A DNA stretch of 64,000 bases from a virus. A program made the position numbers and the translations under genes. Positions within the stretch are counted from its first letter, which is position 1; each line of letters starts with the position of its first letter. Shown here in pieces: positions 1-9,629 of the stretch. The stretch is from the IMG/VR virus record IMGVR_UViG_3300005274_000001, positions 93,226 to 157,225 of that record. One strand, written 5' to 3'. The notes beneath the pieces were generated by a model, which saw only the letters and a list, made by a program, of their open reading frames with translations, did no database searches and had not been told where the DNA came from.

Positions 1-391
1 TGTATTCAACAAGATTTTCACCTTCTTGTCTTTGCATTGAGCACCTAGCGAAAACAGGATTACCTTGTTGATCTTTAATGATTAGCGTCAGTTTAAAATT
101 AGTCTTTATTTGTCCACCAAGAACGCCATAGATACCAGCCTCTAGCATCTTACCTATAGTACAAGTATCAACACCAAGGTCTTCTTTTGTGAGCTGCATT
201 AAAACAAAAACAGGTTCTCCTTCTATGACTACATTACCCGTTTCTAATGTATACCACTTACCTTCTTTATAAAAACCGTCAGCGTATTCAATTATTACTC
301 TTAAAGATTCTGTTGCAAAATCTCTTTCTATGTGAAAGCTTTTGTGTCTTCTCTCTATTTTTGTTTGAACCTCTCCTATCTCTAAAGGCAT
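1..391 (-). CDS. Hypothetical, probably structural protein; runs off the left edge of the window
   Basis: Not in the ORF track. ATG at 391 reads MPLEIGEVQTKIERRHKSF...LTLIIKDQQGNPVF with no stop to base 1. TAAAAT lies 6 nt upstream of the ATG. Confidence 0.75.
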   Translation of the reverse strand, partial: MPLEIGEVQTKIERRHKSFHIERDFATESLRVIIEYADGFYKEGKWYTLETGNVVIEGEPVFVLMQLTKEDLGVDTCTIGKMLEAGIYGVLGGQIKTNFKLTLIIKDQQGNPVFARCSMQRQEGENLVEY

Positions 392-397
392 AATTAT

Positions 398-428
398 ATT
401 TTACAACAAAACCTTTTTGTGGTATGAT
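398..428. promoter_or_regulatory. Overlapping divergent promoters
   Basis: Minus strand: TAAAAT (403-398)-6 nt-ATG391. Plus strand: TTTACA (400-405)-17 nt-TATGAT (423-428, preceded by TG)-6 nt-ATG435. Confidence 0.6.
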
Positions 429-434
429 GTGTGT

Positions 435-608
435 ATGGAAATTTACTACAAGCTAAAAGGTAAATTTGATTTTGGGTATTTTATTAAGATTAAGTTTGAT
501 GCAAAAAATTTGTTTTTTGTTAGCGCAACAAATCTTGAAGAAAAATTTTGCGAAATAAAAAACACTCTACTTCTTGATAATATTCAAATTTCTTATAAAC
601 TCCTCTAA
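435..608 (+). CDS. Small hypothetical protein (57 aa), leaderless
   Basis: Track ORF 417..608 restarted at ATG435, 6 nt after an extended -10 box. Overlaps the 3' end of the tape-measure-like gene convergently by 42 nt. Confidence 0.45.
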   Translation: MEIYYKLKGKFDFGYFIKIKFDAKNLFFVSATNLEEKFCEIKNTLLLDNIQISYKLL

Positions 609-3600
609 AGGAACTGAAGAAATACTTCCTTCTACAATAATCACATGTGTTCCTCTAACTCCAGAAGATGTTTGTAAAGAAGGTGTTGTAGTAGTAGTAG
701 ACGAAGCAATAGAAACACTAGAAGAAGTAGTAGTTGAAGGAATGTTTTCAATATTTCTTCTCATTTCATCAATGATTCTCTTTGATTCGGGGCTTAGATT
801 GAGATACTTGTAAAGAAAATCAGTTCCTCCTTCTATAGCTTCAGATGTTAGATTTATTATTCCTTTTCCTAGGGGCTCACTAAGTTTTAGTGTGATTGCA
901 GCTAGAGTAGTGATGTTTTTATTTAGACTTACGACTGCTTGAGAGTTTTCTTTAAAAGTGTCAATAAGAAGTTGGAAAGAAGAATTTAATACATCTAATT
1001 GCTTAGCGAAAACTTCATCTGGTGTCTTTGTAGTTGGCATTCCTTTTCCTAGCTCTGTTTCTACAATCCTTCTAGCTCTTGTAATATCACCAGTAATAGA
1101 AGCTGCGATTAGTGTTCTAAACACTTCTGGAGAAATGTTAGTAAGACCTAAGACTTGCTGCATTATAGGAATTAAAAAATTCTCTGCTTGCGCTGTAAAT
1201 CTTCCTCCAGTAAACTGACTAACTAATCCAGTTTCTATAGAAAGTCTTCTTAAAACTTGAATTAAGTTTTCAGGAGTAGCACCTCTTTGTAAATCTAAAG
1301 GCGTTAAGCCTGCACGAATACCAATTCCTAAAGCTATAGGATTTCCACTTAAGCCGCTTCTAATAAATTCGTTAAAAGTAGAAACAGCTTGTTGAACTAT
1401 TTCAGGATTTCTTTCAGCTAATCTAGCGATTTGATAATTTGAAAAATTGCGCAAAACAGTTTGCGCTGCTAAGAAAGTATTAAAGTAATCATAAGGATTC
1501 AATCCTTGTCTAATAGCAATTGAAGTAGAAGCGTTAATCAAAGCTTCACTAAAAGCTTTAGTAAACGCTGAATACTCACTTCCTACTAAGAAAGCTCCTC
1601 TTATTGCTCTTCTTTCATCTATTAACGCTCTTCTAGAAGTAGCTACAAGATTAACAGCCTCAGCTATAGATGTGCCAAATAAGTTTGCTACTCTAGCGCT
1701 ATTTAATAAAGCAGAAGAAAAATTATCTACACTTCTACTTAATCCGCCGATAGATGCAAATAATCTAGCTGATGTACCTAGATATTCTTCAGGTGAAAAT
1801 CCTTGATTTACAGGAAATACTCTTCCTCCAAAAGTAAATTGTCTAGAAACACTAGCTACATCTCCTCCTAACTGCTCACGAATTTGCTGAGGAAGAAGTC
1901 TTATTTGTGTAAAGCGACTATAAAAAGTATCATAAGCTTTATTTACGCTCTGCAAATAGAAATCAGTAAGAAACGCTGCTGAACCTGCTAGAACACCTGC
2001 GCCTACACTAGCTGCTGATGTAGCTATGTTTCTTCCTACTATATTGTTAGCAGATAAAGAAGCTGCTATACCTAGTGAACCTACTGAAGTTGCTGCTAAG
2101 TTTGTAGCAATAGAAAATTGATTTAGATTTTTTGAGGCTTCAAAAATATATTGTTTAACTTCTTCTCTTTCTCTAGGAGGAAAAAGTCTATCTAAAAGTA
2201 AATTAGTTCCTACACCTGCTGCTACGCCAAGTATAGGATTAAAAATTCCTGCGATAGCGCTTACTGCGAAAGATGCACCTGTTTTTAAGATATTTTCAAT
2301 AGTAAAAGTTCTTCTTAATCCTTCACCTAAATCTCCAGCTTCTAAAGTATTTAGAACAGCGTCTAAGCCTATGCCAAATAAAGCACCTGTTGCACCTACT
2401 CTTAAACCTCTAGAAAGGTTTGTAGGAGTTCTACTAGTAGTAGGTCTATTCGTAGGAACAGGTGTAGGAGTCCTGTTAGTAGGAGGAGGTGTTGTTGTAG
2501 GAATTCTATTTAGAGGAGGAAAGTTTCTAGCTAACAAATTATCTACTGCGTTAAATACATTTGTGCCTATTAGGAAACCTTGTCTAAGTGAAGAAGCAAA
2601 TATATCTACAAAAGGATTTCTTGTTGTTGAAAAAATGTAATCGAATTCTCTAAATGAGAAATTTTTTAATGCGCTAAAAAGTTCTCTTAGTTCTTTGTTT
2701 GCTTCGTTTCTTATCTTTAATTCTTCTGCGTATAGTTGTGTTAGAGATTTGAGGTAGTTAAATCTTTCTTCTTGAAGTCTTGCTACTTCTTCTGGTGATT
2801 GAGCTTTTTGTAGGTTTTCATTTACTCTATTTAATTGCGCAATAAAGTTTGACCTAGCTATGTTTATAGCGTTTAGTGATTCGTTATAGAATTCGCTTAG
2901 AGTTCTAGATAAAAATACTTCTCTTTCGCTTCTAAAAATTCTTTCAGATAAAGGAAGTTGATTTCTGGTTGTTTTTGCGAGTTCAAAAAGACTTCTAAAT
3001 TCTGAAAAAGCTTTTTGTGCACCAGTTTGTCTTAGGTCAAAATAATTAGAAAGAAAATCTCTATCTAAATCACCTGAAGCTTCTAGATAGTATACAGTTA
3101 TAGGAAACTTTTCAATCGCTCTTCTATAAAATGCACCTAAAGCGATATCTTGTAGTGTTTTATCTTGCGCTCTTAAGTCTTGAAGTTTTAAATCAGCTAT
3201 AAATTTTTCTATTGCGCTTCTAAATTCTTTTAGGTTTAATGAAGCTATACTTAGTGCTTTAGGAAGTTGTTGTGATAATTCTTCAACAAAGTTTCTTCCT
3301 GTAGCTTGAGATAAAAGATTTAAGTTTTCTATCTGTTGTCTTATTGAAGAAATAAAGTTTTGTAGTTCACCTAAATCTCTAGCATAAGGTACTGATAGAC
3401 CTCTCGCTCTTCTAGCTGAAGAAACGCTGTATTCTAATTGTTGTAGAGTTTCAATTAGCTGTTGTGTGTTTCTAGCTGTAGCTCTTATTGTTGCTGATAA
3501 AATTTGCGAAAATGTTCCTGTTTCTGAGCCTAGAAGTTCTTCTATTGAACCTCTAGACTTTATTAGGTTTCTTAGCTCACCTAAGATTTCTTTTGTGCTT

Positions 3601-3620
3601 TCATCTCTGTCTTCAGGCAT
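567..3620 (-). CDS. Tail tape-measure-like protein (1017 aa)
   Basis: Long helical, Ala/Gly/Ser-rich protein with no Cys or Trp. Glycine-rich hydrophobic segments (GATGALFGIGL, ILGVAAGVG), a coiled-coil N-terminus and a Pro/Thr linker. Lies in the tail region. Confidence 0.65.
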   Translation of the reverse strand: MPEDRDESTKEILGELRNLIKSRGSIEELLGSETGTFSQILSATIRATARNTQQLIETLQQLEYSVSSARRARGLSVPYARDLGELQNFISSIRQQIENLNLLSQATGRNFVEELSQQLPKALSIASLNLKEFRSAIEKFIADLKLQDLRAQDKTLQDIALGAFYRRAIEKFPITVYYLEASGDLDRDFLSNYFDLRQTGAQKAFSEFRSLFELAKTTRNQLPLSERIFRSEREVFLSRTLSEFYNESLNAINIARSNFIAQLNRVNENLQKAQSPEEVARLQEERFNYLKSLTQLYAEELKIRNEANKELRELFSALKNFSFREFDYIFSTTRNPFVDIFASSLRQGFLIGTNVFNAVDNLLARNFPPLNRIPTTTPPPTNRTPTPVPTNRPTTSRTPTNLSRGLRVGATGALFGIGLDAVLNTLEAGDLGEGLRRTFTIENILKTGASFAVSAIAGIFNPILGVAAGVGTNLLLDRLFPPREREEVKQYIFEASKNLNQFSIATNLAATSVGSLGIAASLSANNIVGRNIATSAASVGAGVLAGSAAFLTDFYLQSVNKAYDTFYSRFTQIRLLPQQIREQLGGDVASVSRQFTFGGRVFPVNQGFSPEEYLGTSARLFASIGGLSRSVDNFSSALLNSARVANLFGTSIAEAVNLVATSRRALIDERRAIRGAFLVGSEYSAFTKAFSEALINASTSIAIRQGLNPYDYFNTFLAAQTVLRNFSNYQIARLAERNPEIVQQAVSTFNEFIRSGLSGNPIALGIGIRAGLTPLDLQRGATPENLIQVLRRLSIETGLVSQFTGGRFTAQAENFLIPIMQQVLGLTNISPEVFRTLIAASITGDITRARRIVETELGKGMPTTKTPDEVFAKQLDVLNSSFQLLIDTFKENSQAVVSLNKNITTLAAITLKLSEPLGKGIINLTSEAIEGGTDFLYKYLNLSPESKRIIDEMRRNIENIPSTTTSSSVSIASSTTTTTPSLQTSSGVRGTHVIIVEGSISSVPLEEFIRNLNIIKK
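2418..2510 (-). repeat. Pro/Thr-rich imperfect repeat linker (NRIPTTTPPPT-NRTPTPVPT-NRPTTSRTPTN)
   Basis: Visible in the translation; repeated gtagg/gtagga on the + strand. Confidence 0.7.
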
Positions 3621-3636
3621 ATTCTTCTTCTTTTTA

Positions 3637-4161
3637 TTATGCTAGATAAGCTTTGATATTTAGTATTATTGGCAAATTAAATACTCTTTCTATTGCGCCA
3701 ACTAAACTTACTTTTATTGCAAAAGGATAGAAGTCTTGATAATACAAAGTTTCTCTTATTTCTATTGCGTTTCCTTTAAACGCTATGAAGTCTTCTATGT
3801 TTTTTCCTTGAAACTCTAATATTTCTCCATAAGGCGTATAAGATAAATGTGTTTTATTTTTGCCAAAAAAGCTTGTAATAACAACTTCTGATTTGATGTT
3901 TTTTAGCAGGTATAAATCAAATTTGTCTTGGTGAAATTTGTAATCAATATATTGGCTTATTTTAATTTTGTACACATAAAATTCGCTTTCTAATTCGTTG
4001 ACAAAATAGAAAAATCTATATTGAAAATTTCCCAAAATTGAATCCAATTCGTTGAAAGTAAAAGTTAGTTTGTAGGTTTCTTCTGCTAGGTAGCCGCCTA
4101 GCGAATTTTTTCTTTCTGAGTTTCTTATCTTTAGTGGGAAAATAAGATTGCTTGAAAACAT
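3637..4161 (-). CDS. Hypothetical protein (tail/baseplate region)
   Basis: 174 aa ORF co-oriented with its neighbours; TAAAAT 8 nt upstream of the ATG. Confidence 0.7.
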   Translation of the reverse strand: MFSSNLIFPLKIRNSERKNSLGGYLAEETYKLTFTFNELDSILGNFQYRFFYFVNELESEFYVYKIKISQYIDYKFHQDKFDLYLLKNIKSEVVITSFFGKNKTHLSYTPYGEILEFQGKNIEDFIAFKGNAIEIRETLYYQDFYPFAIKVSLVGAIERVFNLPIILNIKAYLA

Positions 4162-4175
4162 AATCTTTTATTTTA

Positions 4176-5216
4176 TTATTGCACAGAGAAACAAATTTGC
4201 ATTGGCGTTGAGCTTCTTTTAGTGTTAAAGCTAGGACACAAGCTTTGTGTTACTGGACTATATACCTTATTTTGACCAAAACTCTTTAGAAAATTTAGAG
4301 GCTCAATGTAACCATAATACTTTGCGTAAGAGCCTCCATAAAAGATTTCATCTGAGGTAGCTTGAGTATATGGATTATTTTTTCCGAAAAAATTCCAGGG
4401 CTCACTTGGATCCATGAAGGAGGATATGTAATACTTATAGTCTATGCAGTATTGCGTTAAGGATGTTGTGTTTTTTAGTGTGTCGTACAGAATTGCTGCT
4501 ATATAAGCTAAATTTAGTCCTTTATCTTTGTACATGTTTCTTGGATAGTTTTTGGGAAAATTTGAGTAAATATTTTTTAGCGTGGTTTCAAAGTGAAGGT
4601 GAGATGTACTATTGCATTTGTATTCTCCTATTGAAGCTATTCTTTCTCCCGCCTTGACTTTTTTTCCAATGCTTACTTCTGGAACGACATGACCATAAAG
4701 CGCATAAAAAATTTTATTTTGACATCTATGTTCTATTGCTACAAAACCAGAACAATCACAAGATGCGCTACAAAATTGTCTACTAGCGTTGATTACAACG
4801 CCATCGGTTACTGCATATACAGGAAGTCCTAAATCTTGATTTCCTGAACCATAATTTATATCAACGCCTGGATGAAATGAAATGTATTTAAAATTTGACT
4901 TGTCAATCAACTTTGCTCTATCTGATAAAATCTTCCCTCTAGAGAAGTTTAGTTTTTGTGGATTTGTGTTGACTATGAATTCCAAAAGAAGAATTCTATT
5001 TTTTATAGAGGCCAAATCTTGTGGTAAATTTGGATAATTCTGTTTAAAGGAAGAATAGTTCAATTCATAAGATTGTATTAAAGAAGTTATGTCAAACAAA
5101 ATTTTTTGTTCTTGTTGCGTAAAAAATTTTTGATTAGGGTAAGGTTCGCCATAGTTTGTAGTTATGGTTATTGGCGATAAAGAACAATTTATTGGAAAAT
5201 AAACTCTTTGCTCCAT
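4176..5216 (-). CDS. M23-family Zn metallopeptidase (peptidoglycan hydrolase)
   Basis: HxGxD motif (FHPGVDI), PVYAVTDGVV, YGH and HLH (SHLHFE). Confidence 0.9.
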   Translation of the reverse strand: MEQRVYFPINCSLSPITITTNYGEPYPNQKFFTQQEQKILFDITSLIQSYELNYSSFKQNYPNLPQDLASIKNRILLLEFIVNTNPQKLNFSRGKILSDRAKLIDKSNFKYISFHPGVDINYGSGNQDLGLPVYAVTDGVVINASRQFCSASCDCSGFVAIEHRCQNKIFYALYGHVVPEVSIGKKVKAGERIASIGEYKCNSTSHLHFETTLKNIYSNFPKNYPRNMYKDKGLNLAYIAAILYDTLKNTTSLTQYCIDYKYYISSFMDPSEPWNFFGKNNPYTQATSDEIFYGGSYAKYYGYIEPLNFLKSFGQNKVYSPVTQSLCPSFNTKRSSTPMQICFSVQ

Positions 5217-5220
5217 AGCT

Positions 5221-6171
5221 TTACCAAGCAGTCATTACTGGTCTGTAATAAGGAGATAGTAGTTCTCTTAATCTTTCTTTGTATTCGTTATATAGATTTT
5301 CATAAAGAAGGCCATTGTTACCAAAGGAAGCATTGAAGCCTTCTATGCCAAAAGATCTAAGTCCTGCTGTTAAATTTGCAGATATAGCTAATATGAATTG
5401 CATTGCAGTTCTTATTGCTACTGCTTCTAGCAAATCATAGGGCGGATCTGTGTAACCAAATTCGTAATCAATTACTATAACTTGAGGAATTCTAGGTGCA
5501 ATTGGACCATATTGCGAACCCCAAAGTGGGTCTTGAGAAGTTGTTTGCGATAGAATTCTAGCCATTACAGCAGGAAATATGTGTATTTCTCCGGTTCTGT
5601 AGAAGTAGAATTCATTTGGTTTATACAACCTAAAGAATAAATTTTTTCCTTCGTACCCTGGAGGAGCTGTAAACGCTAAGGCTAGAGAGTAAACAGTTAT
5701 TATTGGAGCGTAATAGGTAATGATTAGTGGTGTTCCTTTTCCGTCTTGTCTTTCGGCATCGCCAATTTTATTTGGAGCAACACGAATGTTTGAAACCCAT
5801 TGGTTTAATTGGTCATTTGTTAAGAGATCAAAAGGCAGAGATCCAGGAACATAAAAACTAGGATTATTTCCATAAAGATTTTTTTGCGCCGCCGTTAAAT
5901 CTTCCCACTTGGGAAACTGATAAAAGTTTTCATTTATAGCATCCTTGTATTTGGCCCTGTTTTCGTAAGCTTCTCTAGGTGTTTTTGGAAGATTAGTAAA
6001 TCTAGCTGGTGTTAGAGAAGTTCTCAATCTGTTTTCTATATATTGTGCAGACCTTTCTATCTCTCTTTCTAAATATTGTTGAACTTCAGGTGTAATTTCG
6101 GGCATTAAAACGCCCTCTACCTTGTCTAAAAGTATTTGAAATATGTCTTGTTTTACTTTTTCTGTAAGCAT
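5221..6171 (-). CDS. Head-tail adaptor/neck-like protein
   Basis: N-terminal helices (IERSAQYIENRL) and C-terminal IDYEFGYTDPPYDLLEAV...LLSPYYR, the Y-x-x-G-Y...P pattern of gp6/gp15-type connectors. Confidence 0.6.
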   Translation of the reverse strand: MLTEKVKQDIFQILLDKVEGVLMPEITPEVQQYLEREIERSAQYIENRLRTSLTPARFTNLPKTPREAYENRAKYKDAINENFYQFPKWEDLTAAQKNLYGNNPSFYVPGSLPFDLLTNDQLNQWVSNIRVAPNKIGDAERQDGKGTPLIITYYAPIITVYSLALAFTAPPGYEGKNLFFRLYKPNEFYFYRTGEIHIFPAVMARILSQTTSQDPLWGSQYGPIAPRIPQVIVIDYEFGYTDPPYDLLEAVAIRTAMQFILAISANLTAGLRSFGIEGFNASFGNNGLLYENLYNEYKERLRELLSPYYRPVMTAW

Positions 6172-6175
6172 AATT

Positions 6176-6436
6176 CTATATTAGAGTGTACAGGTGATAG
6201 ATGATAGCTAATAATCCCAAAACCATTAATAGCGCCAAAATGTGCGCAACCCAAGGTTTTGTTTTAGATTTCCTATAAAACCTTTCAGAAAGCGTGATTC
6301 CAGTTAGCCTTATAGAAATGTATTCTCCTACTCCTAAAGCTATGAGAACCAGAAGAGTGAAAATTGCCCACTCTTTTAATCCTGCCAAATAAAATGCCGT
6401 AGCCCAAACCATGAATGTTCCTAGTACTATTAGCAT
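6176..6436 (-). CDS. Small membrane protein with 3 hydrophobic segments; holin candidate
   Basis: 86 aa with three hydrophobic stretches and a basic loop (RFYRKSKTK); two genes upstream of the M23 peptidase. TAAAAT-6 nt-ATG. Confidence 0.55.
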   Translation of the reverse strand: MLIVLGTFMVWATAFYLAGLKEWAIFTLLVLIALGVGEYISIRLTGITLSERFYRKSKTKPWVAHILALLMVLGLLAIIYHLYTLI

Positions 6437-6492
6437 AATTTCATTTTATCTAGCAATCTTTGTTTTTTCACTTTTTGTTTTACAATATAAGT

Positions 6493-6678
6493 GTGCAGAC
6501 ACTTAAAACATGGTATCAAAATAAGATGTCAGTTTATAGAGAAACCAACAAAACAATTAAAGATATACAAAATTTAAGAACCTTTTATTATTTAATGAAA
6601 GCTGAATACGGAGAATATGCCATGAAAGATTGGAACACTTTATTTAGGAAATTTTTAAAGGATCAAGGACTTTTGTGA
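6493..6678 (+). CDS. Small hypothetical protein (61 aa)
   Basis: Track ORF 6460..6678 restarted at GTG6493, 6 nt after TACAAT (6481-6486). Confidence 0.55.
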   Translation: MQTLKTWYQNKMSVYRETNKTIKDIQNLRTFYYLMKAEYGEYAMKDWNTLFRKFLKDQGLL

Positions 6679-6701
6679 TAGAATTAAAAAGGGGAAGATT
6701 T

Positions 6702-7124
6702 ATGAAAAAGGTAAAGGTAAGATTTAGGCCAAGAACAAGCTTAAGGGTTGCTTACAAGGGCATGGTTTATAGATTGGTTACTGAAGGAGAAGAGCAATTT
6801 GTTGAACTGCCAATGAGAAATATGGGAGAAAAAGAAGCTGCTGAACTTTTGGAACACCTAAAGAAAATTGGAATTTTGTCCAGCTACGAAACAAAAGTTG
6901 TTGAAGATACTGTAGCAGTCCAACCACAAAAAGAAAGCCCAGAAGAACCTCAAAAGGAAGATACTCCTACATCTCAGGTTAGCACAGAAGAAAATAGCGC
7001 TAAAGAAGAAGCGGTAAAAGAAACAGTAAAAGAAGATGAACCTGAAAAAGAAACAAAAGATAGTTCTCAAAAGTCTGAAACCTCGCAAAGCACTAAAAAG
7101 AGGAGGAGCAGAAAAACAAATTAG
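6702..7124 (+). CDS. Hypothetical protein with acidic low-complexity region and basic C-terminal tail
   Basis: ATG6702 follows AGGGGAAG; E/K/S/T-rich C-terminal half ending KKRRSRKTN. Confidence 0.7.
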   Translation: MKKVKVRFRPRTSLRVAYKGMVYRLVTEGEEQFVELPMRNMGEKEAAELLEHLKKIGILSSYETKVVEDTVAVQPQKESPEEPQKEDTPTSQVSTEENSAKEEAVKETVKEDEPEKETKDSSQKSETSQSTKKRRSRKTN

Positions 7125-7133
7125 TGGACTATC

Positions 7134-7622
7134 ATGATTCAAATAAGTCTTTCGCAAGCAAACCCATTAACTACAACATTATCTGGTCATATCTTTGATA
7201 CTAACAATGTTAATTATTATGATATCGGCGTAGTGAAGGAAGAGGTTTCTGGACAAACAAAAATTTTTCTTAGTAGAGAAACTTTGCAAAGTGTTACAAC
7301 TCCCAAATTTCTTTTTTTCAAAATTAGCGCAAATAGTTTTTTAACACATTCAGATTTTTGTTCATCTTATTCTTCTGACATTTGTTCTGGATTTACTATT
7401 AACTACCTTTATGGTGGTGAATATATATCACTTATCTTTATAAAGGGGAACATTTTAAATATTGTAAAGTTTCTGTTTGATTTGAATCACCCAGCGTTTA
7501 CAATTAACTCAACATTTAGTGAAAATTATATAAACGCAAAACTAGCGTTTGAAGAAGGAGCGCTTAGATTAAGAACAGAAAATGTTGATACAGGCAGTCC
7601 TTACAAAAAATATTGTTTTTGA
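7134..7622 (+). CDS. Hypothetical protein (baseplate region)
   Basis: 162 aa ORF directly upstream of baseplate J. Confidence 0.7.
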   Translation: MIQISLSQANPLTTTLSGHIFDTNNVNYYDIGVVKEEVSGQTKIFLSRETLQSVTTPKFLFFKISANSFLTHSDFCSSYSSDICSGFTINYLYGGEYISLIFIKGNILNIVKFLFDLNHPAFTINSTFSENYINAKLAFEEGALRLRTENVDTGSPYKKYCF

Positions 7623-7640
7623 AAACTTAAAATAAAAGCG

Positions 7641-9629
7641 ATGAAAACAAAGTTTGAGATATTAAACTTTTTAGAAAATACATTTTTAGCAATACAAAAC
7701 AAAATCAATGCAATAAAACCTGGTAGTGTAATAAGGTCTATATTTTACTCTGTTGCTAGTGCAATTGAAGATGTTTATGCGCTAATAGACGAAGTAAAGC
7801 AAAATTCATACATACACACAGCCACAGGTGAATACTTAGACCAATTGATTTATGGATTTTCTAAACTTGAAAGGATAAGAGGAAGAAGAGCCTTTGGTTA
7901 TGTTGTTCTTAGTCCAATAGGTTTCAATTTTGATTCCATACAAAGTATAGATTTGTTGTCTAACACTATTTTTTCAAAATACGATGTAAAAAATAACCTA
8001 ATTTTTTCTCCCCCACTTTCCGCTAAATTCAGCATTTCAACAGCATATGGGATTTTTAACTATCTTCTATTGCCTCCAATTAAATTATCTCTTCAATATG
8101 AGGACGATTTCTACTATGAGATAAATCCAAACACGGGAAAGCAAAGAATAGCTGAGATTTTTGCTGAAACCATAAAGGCAAACTTTCTTCAAAACCCAAC
8201 AAAGAGGATAAAGTACATAGTTCTACCTATAATTTCGGAGGACTTTGGAAAAGAAAAAAATTTGCTACCCTCATCAATAGATGTTGTTTTACAATTTGGC
8301 ACAGCAAAATTTTCTCTAAGCAACAATTTTGAGTACACGCTTTTGACAGATGAAACTTTTGTTGATTTAGATTCGGTATCTTCTTATGAAGACACCCTTC
8401 TTATTCTAGGAGAATCCTCAGAAATCAAAGGAGGATCTTCAGAAGAAACAGACGAAGAATACAGAAACAGATATTGGAATTTCTTAAATTCTTTATCTAA
8501 GGGAACAATTTCCTCAATTGAAAACGCCCTCTCTCAAATAATACAAGGTGCAAAAGTAAAGGCTATTAGTTCTCCCAACCCCGGAGTAATAGATGTTTAC
8601 ATTTATTCAGACACTCAAACAATAAGCAATTCACTTGTTTTACTCTCTCAAGAAATTGTAGACGAAGTTAAGCCTGCTGGTTCTATAATAAACATAAGAT
8701 TTCCAAAGACTGTTTACATAAACCTTCTTGTTGATAGCAAACAGTCTATCACAAAAAACGATATTGAAAGTATTAGACTAAAATTCAGAGATTCATTCTC
8801 TGAGTTAAATATTGGCGATTCCTTCTCCTATGAGAAATTTTGGGAGTTTTTAAGTGGTCAAAACTCTTCGTTTGCTAATCCAATGTTTGGTTTATCTTTA
8901 AATCGTGAACTTTTTGAGCTGTATAAAGATAGCATCAAAAAGTTTGTCTGTTTAAACTACTACGAAAGCCACACATATTTCACAACACTACCTGACTTTT
9001 GCAATGGAACTTCTGAATTTACTTATAGTGATTATTTAAACATCGTTTCAGAAGGAAAAATAGCTCTATATATCTACGACAAAAACATAAACTACAAATC
9101 GTATATAACTAACAACAGTTATTCTTCTAACCTAAACATACAGGCTCCTAGATACCCTCTAAAAAAAGTTATTTCTAGAGTCCTTAGTGGAGAAGAAATT
9201 CTTCATCCAAGTATAAGAAATGCAATAAAAGCTAGATGTAAAAACATATCTGCAGACATTTGTTTGAAAGAAATATCTAGAAATGGCGACTTAGATGCAT
9301 CTGGAGTGCAAAGTAGAATAGCTATACCCATTTTTGATTTGGACGAAATTTACGCAAACTACTTTAAGATAAAACTCATGACACTACCTGTAAGGTCAAC
9401 AAACGATATAGAGTTGTGCGAAAACAAAATATCTGATTACGGATATTGTTCTAGCAATTCTTACGAATTCAAGATTTTGTATTTCTTACTAAACGATGTG
9501 CAATACATAGAATACAAAGACTTGGACGAAATACAATATTCAGATAGTCTTATTCGTTTACAAACATCTAGCCAACTTAATAAAGACTTTATAGCAAAGT
9601 ATAATGTAGCTGTAAGGAGTGAGCAATGA
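7641..9629 (+). CDS. Baseplate wedge protein, gpJ-like
   Basis: PGSVIRSIF...ATGEYLD...RAFGYV and GGSSEETDEEYRNRY...KGT...PGVIDVYI...VKPAG, the hallmark motifs of Baseplate_J. Confidence 0.88.
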   Translation: MKTKFEILNFLENTFLAIQNKINAIKPGSVIRSIFYSVASAIEDVYALIDEVKQNSYIHTATGEYLDQLIYGFSKLERIRGRRAFGYVVLSPIGFNFDSIQSIDLLSNTIFSKYDVKNNLIFSPPLSAKFSISTAYGIFNYLLLPPIKLSLQYEDDFYYEINPNTGKQRIAEIFAETIKANFLQNPTKRIKYIVLPIISEDFGKEKNLLPSSIDVVLQFGTAKFSLSNNFEYTLLTDETFVDLDSVSSYEDTLLILGESSEIKGGSSEETDEEYRNRYWNFLNSLSKGTISSIENALSQIIQGAKVKAISSPNPGVIDVYIYSDTQTISNSLVLLSQEIVDEVKPAGSIINIRFPKTVYINLLVDSKQSITKNDIESIRLKFRDSFSELNIGDSFSYEKFWEFLSGQNSSFANPMFGLSLNRELFELYKDSIKKFVCLNYYESHTYFTTLPDFCNGTSEFTYSDYLNIVSEGKIALYIYDKNINYKSYITNNSYSSNLNIQAPRYPLKKVISRVLSGEEILHPSIRNAIKARCKNISADICLKEISRNGDLDASGVQSRIAIPIFDLDEIYANYFKIKLMTLPVRSTNDIELCENKISDYGYCSSNSYEFKILYFLLNDVQYIEYKDLDEIQYSDSLIRLQTSSQLNKDFIAKYNVAVRSEQ

